Under the pieces are notes generated by a model. The model ran no database searches and was not told the origin of the DNA. It saw nothing but the letters and a program-made list of their open reading frames with translations. Source: Candidatus Omnitrophota bacterium (GTDB lineage: Bacteria; Omnitrophota; Gorgyraeia; Duberdicusellales; 4484-171). Taken from it: DNA of 32,000 nt. Of the stretch, positions 7,951 through 17,300 are shown piece by piece. Within the stretch, counting starts at the first letter, position 1. Each line of letters opens with the position of its first letter. Location: NCBI GenBank assembly GCA_021735045.1, contig JAIPHU010000001.1:60001-92000 (forward strand), in the 5' to 3' direction. A program made the position numbers and the translations under genes.

Positions 7951-9975
7951 ATGAGTAAATATTTGATTATTGTAGAATCTCCAACAAAAGCAAGAACTCT
8001 CTCTTCTTTTTTAGGTAAAGACTACGAAGTGGTTTCTTCAAAAGGGCATCTGGTTGACTTGCCTTCAAGCAAATTAGCAGTAGACGTAGGTGAAACTTTT
8101 GAGCCAAACTATACAACCCTAAAGGGGAAGAAGAAAATAATTTCTGAATTAAAGAAAAAAGCTGCAAATAAAGAAGCTATCTATTTAGCTACTGATCCAG
8201 ACCGGGAAGGGGAAGCTATTGGTTGGCATATTAAAGATAAGTTAAATAAAAAAGGCAAACAATTCTATCGTATAATTTTTCATGAAATAACTAAAGATGC
8301 CATCGGAGAGGCTTTAGCTAATCCTGGTCAACTTGATTCTAAGAAAGTTAACGCTCAAATGGCAAGAAGGGTTTTAGATAGGGTGGTGGGTTATCGGCTT
8401 TCACCTCTTTTGTGGAAAAAAATCGTTCGCGGCCTTTCTGCCGGACGAGTTCAGTCGGTTGCTTTACGGTTTATTGTTGAAAGAGAAAGAGAAATTGAAA
8501 AGTTTATTCCAGAAATTACCTATAGTTTAGAAGCTAGTTTTTGCTATAAAGAAGCAGTATTTGATGCTAAATTAAAAAAATATCATCAAAAAAAAGGGAT
8601 ATTTAAAAATAAACAAGAAGCTGATAACTGTAACCAAGAGTTAAAAGATAATGATTTTTTTATTAGTAATATATTAAAGAAAAAGAGTAAGCGAAAACCC
8701 AACCCGCCTCATATAACTTCATCTTTGCAACGAGAAGCATTTAATAAATTACGTTTTTCTGCACAGAAGACAATGGTAGTTGCACAACAATTGTATGAAG
8801 GTATAACTTTAAATGGTAAGAATCTTGGCCTTATAACTTATATGCGTACAGATTCTTTTGCAGTTAGTCAAAAAGCTAAAGATTCAGCTGCTGGTTTTAT
8901 TGAGACTGAATTCGGTAAAGATTATTTATCAAAAAAAGTATACAGGCGCAAGAAAAAAAAGGGGGCACAATTAGCTCATGAAGCGATAAGGCCAACTGAT
9001 TTAAAAATAAAACCTAGTAAAATTTCAGAATACCTTACTAGAGATCAATTCAGGCTTTATCAGTTGATTTGGCGCAGATTTACGGCCTCATTTATGTCTG
9101 AAGCAGTTTTTGAAAATAGAAAAATAGAAATTAAAGCCAACCATGCTTTGTTTACTGCCGAGGATAGAAAATTAGTTTTTCCTGGTTTTTTAAAAGTTTA
9201 TCCCCAAAACCCAGAATCCCAGTTACCTGAGTTCAGCAAAGGTGATAAACTTAAACTAAAGAATTTAGAGGTGAAAAAACACTCTACGAAACCACCACCT
9301 CGTTATAATGATGCCTCTTTAATAAAAATATTAGAAGAAAAGGGTATTGGTAGGCCATCTACTTATGCTCCCACGATATTTACATTATTACGAAGAAATT
9401 ATGTAAGAAGAGAAAAAAGTTATCTTTGCCCTACTGATTTAGGAGTTAAAGTTAACGATTTTTTACTAGAGCATTTTAAAAAAATTATTGATGCTGATTT
9501 TACTGCAGATATGGAAAAAAAGTTGGATAAAGTAGAAGAGGGCCAGATAATTTGGAGTCAAATACTTAAAGACTTTTATCCTGATTTTCAAAAACAAGTA
9601 GAAAAGATATCAAAAAATATAATAAAAGAAGTTGTTTATTCAGATAAAAATTGTCCTCGTTGCGGAGGCAGGTTAGTTGTGAAGTGGTCAAGAAAAGGAA
9701 AATTTTTAAGCTGTGAAAATTTTCCTAGTTGTCGTTATGCAGAAAGTATAACCACCGGTATTAAATGTCCAGACTGTGGTAAGGGTGAGATTTTGCAGCG
9801 GAAGAATAGACGAGGACAAACCTTTTATGGGTGCACTAATTTTCCTGAGTGTCGGTATACGATTAGGAATCTCGACCAACTTAAAGAAAACTCTAAAGAA
9901 AGTAAAGAAGAAGATAAATCTAGTGATAAACAGAAAGCACCGAGGGACGAGGGACGAGGGACGAGGGATGTTTAA
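7951..9975 (+). CDS. topA: DNA topoisomerase I
   Basis: TOPRIM IIVESPTKA and DPDREGEAI, the active-site region, and two C-terminal C4 zinc ribbons (CPRCGG...CENFPSCRY; CPDCGKG...CTNFPECRY). ATG 7951 is preferred over GTG 7942. Confidence 0.9.
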   Translation: MSKYLIIVESPTKARTLSSFLGKDYEVVSSKGHLVDLPSSKLAVDVGETFEPNYTTLKGKKKIISELKKKAANKEAIYLATDPDREGEAIGWHIKDKLNKKGKQFYRIIFHEITKDAIGEALANPGQLDSKKVNAQMARRVLDRVVGYRLSPLLWKKIVRGLSAGRVQSVALRFIVEREREIEKFIPEITYSLEASFCYKEAVFDAKLKKYHQKKGIFKNKQEADNCNQELKDNDFFISNILKKKSKRKPNPPHITSSLQREAFNKLRFSAQKTMVVAQQLYEGITLNGKNLGLITYMRTDSFAVSQKAKDSAAGFIETEFGKDYLSKKVYRRKKKKGAQLAHEAIRPTDLKIKPSKISEYLTRDQFRLYQLIWRRFTASFMSEAVFENRKIEIKANHALFTAEDRKLVFPGFLKVYPQNPESQLPEFSKGDKLKLKNLEVKKHSTKPPPRYNDASLIKILEEKGIGRPSTYAPTIFTLLRRNYVRREKSYLCPTDLGVKVNDFLLEHFKKIIDADFTADMEKKLDKVEEGQIIWSQILKDFYPDFQKQVEKISKNIIKEVVYSDKNCPRCGGRLVVKWSRKGKFLSCENFPSCRYAESITTGIKCPDCGKGEILQRKNRRGQTFYGCTNFPECRYTIRNLDQLKENSKESKEEDKSSDKQKAPRDEGRGTRDV

Positions 9976-10011
9976 TATTTTCGTCTGTCGTCTGTCGTCT
10001 TTTGTTGTTTC
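9941..10011 (+). repeat. Tandem heptamers (4x CGAGGGA, then 3x TCGTCTG) forming an imperfect hairpin around the topA stop codon; candidate intrinsic terminator
   Basis: CGAGGGA at 9941, 9948, 9955 and 9962; TCGTCTG/T at 9981, 9988 and 9995. 9946-9964 pairs with 9981-9999 (15 WC pairs, 2 G:U, 2 G:G mismatches). Followed by TTTTGTTGTTT. Confidence 0.6.
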
Positions 10012-10031
10012 GGCACTTTGAGGCAACGATT

Positions 10032-10913
10032 ATGGTACCTTATTCTTATTATATTGATAAGTTTTTAAATTATATTGAAATGGAGAAAAACTATTCAATC
10101 CATACTTGTAAAAACTACAAACAGGACCTAAAAGAGTTTGAAAAGTTTTTAAAAAACAATGAAGAAGTTGATATAAAAGAGATTGATTATTTTATTTTAC
10201 GGAAATTCTTGAGTTTATTAAACAAAAAAAATCTAAATAAGCGTACGGTTTCTCGCAAGATATCAACTTTAAAGAGTTTTTTTAAGTTTTTATTAAGAGA
10301 AAGGATCCTAAAAAATAATCCTGCTGTATCATTAATTTATCCTCGGTTAGATAAACCGCTGCCGAAATTTCTTACTGAAGATCAAGTTAAAAAGATTTTA
10401 AAATTACCCGACACAAATAAATTATTAGGATTACGGGATAAAGCTATTTTGGAGTTTCTTTATTCTACCGGAGCTAGGGTCTCGGAGATGGTTTCACTAA
10501 AGAAAGACAATCTCGATTTAATTGGCGGGGTGGTTAAAGTTACTGGAAAAGGAAGAAAAGAGCGCTTACTACCTTTAGGTGAACCGGCAATTGAGAGTAT
10601 TAGAAATTATTTATCAAGCCGTCAAGACAATCAGCGGGCTCTTTTTTTAAATAAAAATAATAAGCAACTTGGTGACCGAGGGGTGAGGTTGATAATTTCA
10701 AAATATATTAAAAATGCCGCTCTTTCTTTAGATGTTTCTCCGCATGTATTTCGCCATTCTTTTGCAACACATCTTCTAAATCATGGTGCCGATCTGCGGA
10801 GTGTACAAGAACTGCTTGGTCATTCTAGTATTTCAACTACCCAAATTTATACCCATATCAGCCTAGATTCATTAAAAAAGATGTATCAAAAGACTCATCC
10901 CAGAGCTAGATAG
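10032..10913 (+). CDS. xerC: Tyrosine recombinase XerC/XerD family
   Basis: Catalytic R...HxxR...Y residues (GARVSE, HVFRHSFATHLL, LGHSSISTTQIYTH). ATG 10032 has GAGG 8 nt upstream. The track start at 10002 lies inside the topA terminator hairpin tail. Confidence 0.85.
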   Translation: MVPYSYYIDKFLNYIEMEKNYSIHTCKNYKQDLKEFEKFLKNNEEVDIKEIDYFILRKFLSLLNKKNLNKRTVSRKISTLKSFFKFLLRERILKNNPAVSLIYPRLDKPLPKFLTEDQVKKILKLPDTNKLLGLRDKAILEFLYSTGARVSEMVSLKKDNLDLIGGVVKVTGKGRKERLLPLGEPAIESIRNYLSSRQDNQRALFLNKNNKQLGDRGVRLIISKYIKNAALSLDVSPHVFRHSFATHLLNHGADLRSVQELLGHSSISTTQIYTHISLDSLKKMYQKTHPRAR

Positions 10914-10929
10914 TTAATAATATTTTAAT

Positions 10930-12216
10930 ATGAAAAAAGTAGTCCAAGAATTAGTTTTGTTTTTTTATGATCTTATTTTTAGCTTGGGGTTTATAGTCTA
11001 TTTACCTTTTTATTTTTTAAGGAAAAAAATTACAATCTTTTCTTTAATTAAAAGAATAGGGTGTTTTAAAGCGGTTTCTAAAAAATCTATATGGGTTCAT
11101 GCGGTAAGTGTAGGCGAAGTTAATTTAATTGAGCCAGTAGTAGATAAATTAGCCGAAAGTCTGGACTATTCGATTGTTATCTCTACAACAACTTTAACCG
11201 GTAATTATCTGGCTCGTAAGAAGTATCAAGGAGTTGCAAAAGTAATCTTTTTTCCTTTAGATATATCTTGTATTATCAAAATATTTTTAAAGAAGATCAA
11301 TCCAGAGATAGTTATTGCAGCTGAAACTGAACTGTGGCCCAATTTAATTTTACGTCTTAAGCAGAGAGGTATACCTTTTTTGATTATCAACGGAAGGGTT
11401 TCATATCAAGCTTTTAAGCGTTATCAGCGGATTAGGCCGATAATGAAGCATATTTTAGTTAATTGTAGCCATATTGGAGTTCAGAATAATCAATATCGAC
11501 AAAGATTTATTAATTTAGGTGCAAGGCCTGAGCAACTATCAATTACTGGTAATTTAAAGTTTAATAGTATTAAGCCAAATAAAGAAAAAATTGAAGAAGT
11601 TAAGAAAAAATATATCTCTATTTTAAAACCTAGTTCTAGAGAACTTTTTGTAGCAGCAAGTACTCATGATCCAGAAGAAAAAATAATTTTAAATATATAT
11701 CAAGAGTTGTGCCTAGAAAAGAGCCTGACTCTTTTGCTTGCTCCTCGTCATCCTGAAAGGATAGCCTCAATCGAGAAGGATATTTTAGCTAAAGGTTTTA
11801 GGCCAATACGGATCAGTAAAATCAGTCAATTAACTTATGGGAAGAAAGATGTATTTATTTTAGATACTGTAGGAGAACTTCTTTATTTTTATAGTATTTG
11901 TGATATTTGTTTTGTCGGTGGCACTCTTTCTGGTTCAGGGGGCCACAATATTCTTGAGCCGATATATTTTTTAAAGCCTGTACTTTTTGGCCCGAGCATG
12001 GAGAATTTTTCTGATATTGCCGGTAAAGTTCTTCAGGCTTCAGCTGGAATTTTAGTAAAATCTCCTCAGCAACTAAAAGAAAAACTAAAGATTTTATTGG
12101 AAGATAAAGGTAAACGCATAGATTATGCCGAGGCCGCTACTGATATTTTTAAAGAAGCTGATAGTTTGGGGAAAAATTTTAAAATGATATTAGAAGGAAT
12201 TAAAAGATGTCTGTAA
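10930..12216 (+). CDS. waaA: 3-deoxy-D-manno-octulosonic acid (Kdo) transferase
   Basis: 428 aa with an N-terminal membrane anchor, WVHAVSVGEV, ETELWPN and HNILEP, characteristic of WaaA/KdtA (GT30). Confidence 0.85.
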   Translation: MKKVVQELVLFFYDLIFSLGFIVYLPFYFLRKKITIFSLIKRIGCFKAVSKKSIWVHAVSVGEVNLIEPVVDKLAESLDYSIVISTTTLTGNYLARKKYQGVAKVIFFPLDISCIIKIFLKKINPEIVIAAETELWPNLILRLKQRGIPFLIINGRVSYQAFKRYQRIRPIMKHILVNCSHIGVQNNQYRQRFINLGARPEQLSITGNLKFNSIKPNKEKIEEVKKKYISILKPSSRELFVAASTHDPEEKIILNIYQELCLEKSLTLLLAPRHPERIASIEKDILAKGFRPIRISKISQLTYGKKDVFILDTVGELLYFYSICDICFVGGTLSGSGGHNILEPIYFLKPVLFGPSMENFSDIAGKVLQASAGILVKSPQQLKEKLKILLEDKGKRIDYAEAATDIFKEADSLGKNFKMILEGIKRCL

Positions 12217-13235
12217 AAACTAAAATAAAAATGAGCTATATTAAGTTTGCTGAAAAAAGGAACCATTCTTTTTTAGGGAAAATATTATATATTTTCTTTT
12301 ATTGTCTTTCTCTAATCTATGCTGCTTTAGTTAAAATCCGTAATTTTTTCTATAATCGAAATATTTTTAGCTCTTATAACTCCGATTTAGCTTTTTTGAT
12401 CGGCGTGGGCAATATATCTTGGGCAGGAACAGGAAAAACTCCACTTTGTTTATGGTTATATAAACAACTAAATTTAAAGTTTAAAACAGCTATTTTAAGA
12501 AGAGGGTATGGTCAAGATGAAGGGAAATTAATTAAAAAAGAGTGCAGCTCAGTTTTTTCTTCTTGTGATCGTGTTAATTTAGTTAAAAATCTAGAAAAAG
12601 ATTATAATTTATTTATAGTTGATGATAGTTTTCAATACAGAAAACTTAAAAAAGATCTCGAAATTGTTATAATGGGAGAAAGGGAGTTTAGCAGAAAGAT
12701 AGACCTGATACCGGCTTCTTTTTTCCGTGAGCCTTTAAAAAATATTAAACGAGCTGATATTTTAATTGTAAATTACCACAAAAAGATAAAAAAGGAAAAA
12801 ATTAAAAGTTTAGTTTATAAAATAGCGCCAAAGGTGAAAATTTATTTTGCTAATTATTTGGTTGATAGTTTAGAAGATTTAGAAGGAAAAGTTTATAATT
12901 TAAATATTTTAAAAAATAAAAAATTAGCTGCTTTTGCTGCAATTGGTTATCCTCAAGGTTTTTTTGACTTATTAAAAAAAGTAGGTTTTAACCCTGAGAA
13001 AAAAATTCGATACCCTGATCATTACAACTTATCTAAAAAAGAATACTCTATCTTAGAGCAAAATCTATTAAATTCTGAGATAAATAGTTTAGTTGTAACT
13101 AAAAAAGATAAGTATCATTTACCTGCAGGTAGAAAAAAAATAGATATTTTTGTTTTAGGTGTTAAGCTAGAGATAGAGGATAAAGAAAAACTAATAGAAG
13201 ATATAACCAAAAAAATTAATAATAAAATAAGTTAA
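12207..13235 (+). CDS. lpxK: Tetraacyldisaccharide 4'-kinase
   Basis: 342 aa with P-loop VGNISWAGTGKTP and RGYG. 10-nt overlap with waaA. Confidence 0.85.
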   Translation: MSVKTKIKMSYIKFAEKRNHSFLGKILYIFFYCLSLIYAALVKIRNFFYNRNIFSSYNSDLAFLIGVGNISWAGTGKTPLCLWLYKQLNLKFKTAILRRGYGQDEGKLIKKECSSVFSSCDRVNLVKNLEKDYNLFIVDDSFQYRKLKKDLEIVIMGEREFSRKIDLIPASFFREPLKNIKRADILIVNYHKKIKKEKIKSLVYKIAPKVKIYFANYLVDSLEDLEGKVYNLNILKNKKLAAFAAIGYPQGFFDLLKKVGFNPEKKIRYPDHYNLSKKEYSILEQNLLNSEINSLVVTKKDKYHLPAGRKKIDIFVLGVKLEIEDKEKLIEDITKKINNKIS

Positions 13236-13236
13236 T

Positions 13237-15042
13237 ATGTATTTTTTAGCTAAACTCATTCAAAAATTTTTTTATAAGTCTCCATTTTGTTTACTAAAAT
13301 TTTTTGCAAGAATTCTTAGTTTAATCTTTTTCATGAATATTAGAAAAAGGAGAACAGCTTTTCAAAATTTAAAGATAGCTTTCCCTAAAAAGTCTTATTC
13401 AGAGATTATCTCTATTTTAAAAAAAAGTTATTACAATTTCTCCTTGAGCCTCATAGAAACTTTAATTGCCCCAAGGATCTATCCTTATGCTCAGCTTAAG
13501 GGTCAGCATTATTTTAAGGGACCAGGTGTCTGCATTGGAATTCATGCTGGTAGTTGGGAGTTAACCAATTTTGTTTTTGCCCAAAAATATAAATTTGCTG
13601 TTTTGGCTAAGCACCAAAAAAATAAAAAATTAAATAAATTTCTAAACGAGATTAGAGAAGATGCAGGATTAAAAGTATCTTTTAACTTACGCTCATTAGT
13701 AAAATATATAAAACAAGATTATTATATTGGTTTGGTTGTTGACCATGGTGCAGAAGCGGGTGCTGAGATGACTAATTTTTTCGATCAAATCATACCTACC
13801 CCCAAGGGCGCAGTTTTTTTAGCAAAAAGATTCAAAAAATATATATATCCTTGTTTTAGCCGCAGAATAGGAGATTTTTGCCATCAGATTGAATTTTTGG
13901 GTGCCATAGATCCAGCTTCTAAAGATGAGGAAGAGCTTCTTTTACTTTTTAATCAGCTTTATCAGAAGCAATTAGAGAAATATCCTTGTGAGTATCTCTG
14001 GCAACATAAGCGTTTTAAATATAAGCAAAACAGAGATGTGGTTATTATCAGCGATGGTAAGTTAGGGCATTTGAAGCAATCCAGGGCTTTGCTTTCGGTT
14101 TTAGAAGAAAAGAGTAAATATAAGATAAGAAGTAAGATAATTGAAATAAAATATAGAAATCATTTTATGCGGATAGTTGCAAATTTTGTGGCTAATTTTT
14201 GTCCTAATTTTTCTCCTTTTTTAATTAGATTATTATACTTGATTCTCGATAAAGATAGTTATAGGAAGTTAGCTACTAATTTTTCCGACATTGTTATAAG
14301 TACAGGAAATTTTACTGCTCCGGTAGCAAAGATATTTTCTTCATCTTTGGGGACTAAAATTGCAGTAATTTTAAGAACTAATCTTGCACCTTCAAGATTT
14401 GATCTTGCGATTATTCCTGAACATGATCGAGTTTTTGCGGATAATCTCATAAAAATTAAAGGGGCTTTAACTTATCCAGTGGACTTGGATCAAAAGAAAG
14501 ATAAATGCAAAAAATTATTTTCGCTGACATCTAATAAAAAAGTTTCTGTTTTTATTGGCGGTCCGGTTTTTGATCAAAATGAATTTTTTAGAAATGTAAA
14601 ATATTTTATTAAGCAATTAAAAAATTTCTCTAAGAGAAAAAATTATAGAATTTTAATTAGTAGTTCGCGGCGTACACCAAAATCTGTTGAGGATTATATT
14701 AAAAGAGAGCTAGCAAATTTTGAAAATACTGATGTTTTAGTTATAGCCAGTGAAGATAATTATGATTTCGTTTTTGAAGGTTTTGTTTTAGAATCAGATA
14801 TTGTATTTAGTTCAAGTGAAAGTATTTCGATGATATCTGAGATAACTTCTTTAGGCAAACCGTGTGTTTGCACTTTTTTTGAAACTGAGGATGATAAGCG
14901 TAAAGTTTTCTTAAATTCTATAAGGAGCGAAATTAATTTTTTAAGGTATCCTTATAAGATTCGAGATAAAAATTTAAAAAGATCAAAAATGTTTTCTCAA
15001 AACCGCAAAATTTTAGAAAAGGCAATAGAAAGATTATTATAG
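13237..15042 (+). CDS. Fusion protein: LpxL/HtrB-family lipid A late acyltransferase (N-terminal ~265 aa) + ELM1/DUF1022-like domain (C-terminal ~335 aa)
   Basis: The N-terminal half has the H-x4-E acyltransferase motif (IHAGSWEL). The C-terminal half starts VVIISDGKLGHLKQSRALL and contains SSRRTP, both of which I recall as signatures of the bacterial ELM1-like family. Confidence 0.65.
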   Translation: MYFLAKLIQKFFYKSPFCLLKFFARILSLIFFMNIRKRRTAFQNLKIAFPKKSYSEIISILKKSYYNFSLSLIETLIAPRIYPYAQLKGQHYFKGPGVCIGIHAGSWELTNFVFAQKYKFAVLAKHQKNKKLNKFLNEIREDAGLKVSFNLRSLVKYIKQDYYIGLVVDHGAEAGAEMTNFFDQIIPTPKGAVFLAKRFKKYIYPCFSRRIGDFCHQIEFLGAIDPASKDEEELLLLFNQLYQKQLEKYPCEYLWQHKRFKYKQNRDVVIISDGKLGHLKQSRALLSVLEEKSKYKIRSKIIEIKYRNHFMRIVANFVANFCPNFSPFLIRLLYLILDKDSYRKLATNFSDIVISTGNFTAPVAKIFSSSLGTKIAVILRTNLAPSRFDLAIIPEHDRVFADNLIKIKGALTYPVDLDQKKDKCKKLFSLTSNKKVSVFIGGPVFDQNEFFRNVKYFIKQLKNFSKRKNYRILISSSRRTPKSVEDYIKRELANFENTDVLVIASEDNYDFVFEGFVLESDIVFSSSESISMISEITSLGKPCVCTFFETEDDKRKVFLNSIRSEINFLRYPYKIRDKNLKRSKMFSQNRKILEKAIERLL

Positions 15043-15094
15043 ATATCGACAAAAGTTCTATTGAAAAACGATAAAAGGATAAAATAGTTTCGTT

Positions 15095-15168
15095 ATTGCG
15101 AGGAGCCGAAGGCGACGAAGCAATCTTTAATAAAGACAATAGAGATTGCTTCGGCTTCGCCTCGCAAT
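15095..15168. repeat. GC-rich imperfect palindromic (REP-like) intergenic element
   Basis: ATTGCGAGG (15095-15103) pairs with CCTCGCAAT (15160-15168). GAAGCAATCT (15117-15126) pairs with AGATTGCTTC (15143-15152). The loop is AT-rich. The G+C content is far above the surrounding DNA. Confidence 0.7.
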
Positions 15169-15198
15169 GACATTAAAAAGGATGTAGGGACTAAAGAG

Positions 15199-17277
15199 AT
15201 GCGTGTTATTCAAATTTTACCAAAAATGAAAGCGGGGGGAGTTGAAAGGGGTGTTTTAGATTTGGTTAGATACTTTAAGGCCTCAGATAATTTTCCAAAT
15301 TTTGAAAGTATAGTTATAAGCGCCGGAGGTAATTTATCTTATTTATTAGAAAACTCTAAAGTAAAACATTATCAGTTTTCTGTAGACAAGAAATCTCCTT
15401 TTTCTCTGCTAACAGTGCCTAAAATTTCAAAACTTATTTTAAAAGAAAAGCCAAATATAATGCATGCGCGAAGTCGGGTTCCAGCCTGGATAAGTTTTTT
15501 TGCCACTCGAAACACAGAATGCCATTTTGTAACTACAGCTCATGGAATATATAAAAATAAAATATCTAGTGAAGTGATGGGATGGGGTAAATTTGTAATT
15601 TGTCCTTCAAAAACTGTTGCCCGACAGATGAAGGAAAAGTTTGGGGTTCCAGAGGAAAAGATTATAATTATCCCTCGCTGGGTAGATTTAGACAAGTTCA
15701 GGTTTTTTGATTATCAAAGCCGGATAGATGATAATTTTATAGTAAGTGTGGGAAGAATTTCTCCTACCAAAGGATACCAGTATTTAATTGATGCCTTTAG
15801 AAAAGTAGTAAGGTTTAATCCTTATCTTAAGTTAAAAATAGTTGGATCGGTAGATAAAAATAAATCAAGATATTTGGATTATCTCAAGACTTTAGTATCT
15901 AGATTTTCTTTAAATTATAATGTTGAATTTATTGGTTTTAATCAAGATATTGAAAATATTTTAGCTAAAGCAAAACTATTGGTTGCACCTTCTTTAATTG
16001 AAGAAGCTTTTGGACGAGTGGTTGTTGAAGCTGCTGCTTGCGGAACACCGGTTGTTGCAACTAAGGTAGGAGGGTTTCAGGAGATAATTAATGACAAAAA
16101 AGATGGGTTGTTGGTTCCTCCCGCGGATCCAGATTCATTGTCTGAGGCTATTTTAAGTTTAATTAATGATTCGGAGATGGCAGAAAAACTCGCAGTAAAC
16201 GCAAGAAATAAAGTGGAAACAAAATACACTATGGATAAAATTTTAGATTCTTTAGGAATGGTTTATAAAAAAATAGTAAAAGAAAAGAGGATACTAGTCA
16301 CAAAATTTTCTTCTTTGGGAGATATAATTTTAACCATACCATCTTTAGCTCGTTTACGCCAAGAGTTCCCAGATGCGAAAATATATTTACTTACTTTAAA
16401 AAAATATGCTAACTTTTTTTATGATTGCCCTTATATAGATAAGACTATGGCTTTATCTTCGGACTATAAAAAGATAAAAAGAATTTTTCAAATGAGTAAA
16501 AGGCTAAGAAGATTGTCTTTTGATTATATAATTGATCTTCAAAATAATCGGGTTAGTCAATGGATCAATTTTTTAAGTTTTGCCCGTAAAAGTTTTGGTT
16601 TTAGAAGAAAGTTCGGGTTTTTGCTAAATTATACAACTGACTACAAAAGTGGTGAAAAAATTGGCCCGCTTGAGTCACAAGAAAGGATACTAAAGCTTTT
16701 AGGGATAACTTTTAAGACTAGAAAGTTACTGTTTTGGCAAACCAAGCCGCTTGATCTATCGCATTTTAACCTGGGAGAAGATAAGTTAATTGGAATTAAT
16801 GTTTCTGCGTCAAAAAAATGGAAAACAAAAAACTGGCCCTTAGAAAATATTAATAGTTTTATTAAGTTGTTTGGTAAAAAATATCCAAACTATAAAATTG
16901 TGCTTTTAGGCGATAAGGCTAGTTTGTCCCAGGCTGATATAATAAAGAGTTTTGATAAGAATAAAAAGGTTATCAATCTTTGCGGTAAAACTAAAATCGT
17001 TGAACTCATTGAACTGCTAAAACGGCTAAAGCTTTTTATTACTCCCGATACTGCTACTTTGCATCTAGCTCAGTGCCTAGAGGTTGAAACTATCGGCCTT
17101 TTTGGCCCAACTAATCCTAAGCTGCACAGTGTAGAGTCTTCTACTCTTAAGATTATCGACAAAGGCCTACCTTGCCAATATTGTTATAAAGATAAATGCA
17201 AAACTAATCGATGTATGAAGGCTATCTCGGCAAAAGAAGTGACGCTATTGGTAGGTAGTATTTTAGAAAAAACTTAA
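15199..17277 (+). CDS. Fusion glycosyltransferase: GT4 (N-terminal ~360 aa) + GT9 heptosyltransferase-like (C-terminal ~330 aa)
   Basis: The N-terminal half reads MRVIQILPKMKAGGVERGV ... EEAFGRVVVEAAACGTPVVAT (the GT4 E-x7-E region). The C-terminal half reads RILVTKFSSLGDIILTIPS ... DTATLHLAQ ... GLFGPT (GT9). Confidence 0.8.
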   Translation: MRVIQILPKMKAGGVERGVLDLVRYFKASDNFPNFESIVISAGGNLSYLLENSKVKHYQFSVDKKSPFSLLTVPKISKLILKEKPNIMHARSRVPAWISFFATRNTECHFVTTAHGIYKNKISSEVMGWGKFVICPSKTVARQMKEKFGVPEEKIIIIPRWVDLDKFRFFDYQSRIDDNFIVSVGRISPTKGYQYLIDAFRKVVRFNPYLKLKIVGSVDKNKSRYLDYLKTLVSRFSLNYNVEFIGFNQDIENILAKAKLLVAPSLIEEAFGRVVVEAAACGTPVVATKVGGFQEIINDKKDGLLVPPADPDSLSEAILSLINDSEMAEKLAVNARNKVETKYTMDKILDSLGMVYKKIVKEKRILVTKFSSLGDIILTIPSLARLRQEFPDAKIYLLTLKKYANFFYDCPYIDKTMALSSDYKKIKRIFQMSKRLRRLSFDYIIDLQNNRVSQWINFLSFARKSFGFRRKFGFLLNYTTDYKSGEKIGPLESQERILKLLGITFKTRKLLFWQTKPLDLSHFNLGEDKLIGINVSASKKWKTKNWPLENINSFIKLFGKKYPNYKIVLLGDKASLSQADIIKSFDKNKKVINLCGKTKIVELIELLKRLKLFITPDTATLHLAQCLEVETIGLFGPTNPKLHSVESSTLKIIDKGLPCQYCYKDKCKTNRCMKAISAKEVTLLVGSILEKT

Positions 17278-17300
17278 CCCTTCTTCCCCTGCAGCTCTTT

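Noticed and set aside
10032-10913. The tyrosine recombinase as a marker of an integrated mobile element or prophage
   Set aside because: The sequence has XerC/XerD-type motifs and sits in the conserved housekeeping dprA-topA-xerC context. No att-like repeats, tRNA gene or phage genes flank it.
17278-17300. TCCCC-N11-GGGGA hairpin directly after the GT4::GT9 stop as an independent terminator
   Set aside because: The stem is only 5 bp with an 11-nt loop and no T-tract. The GGGGA arm belongs to the left inverted repeat of the MITE-like element, so it is not counted as a separate feature.
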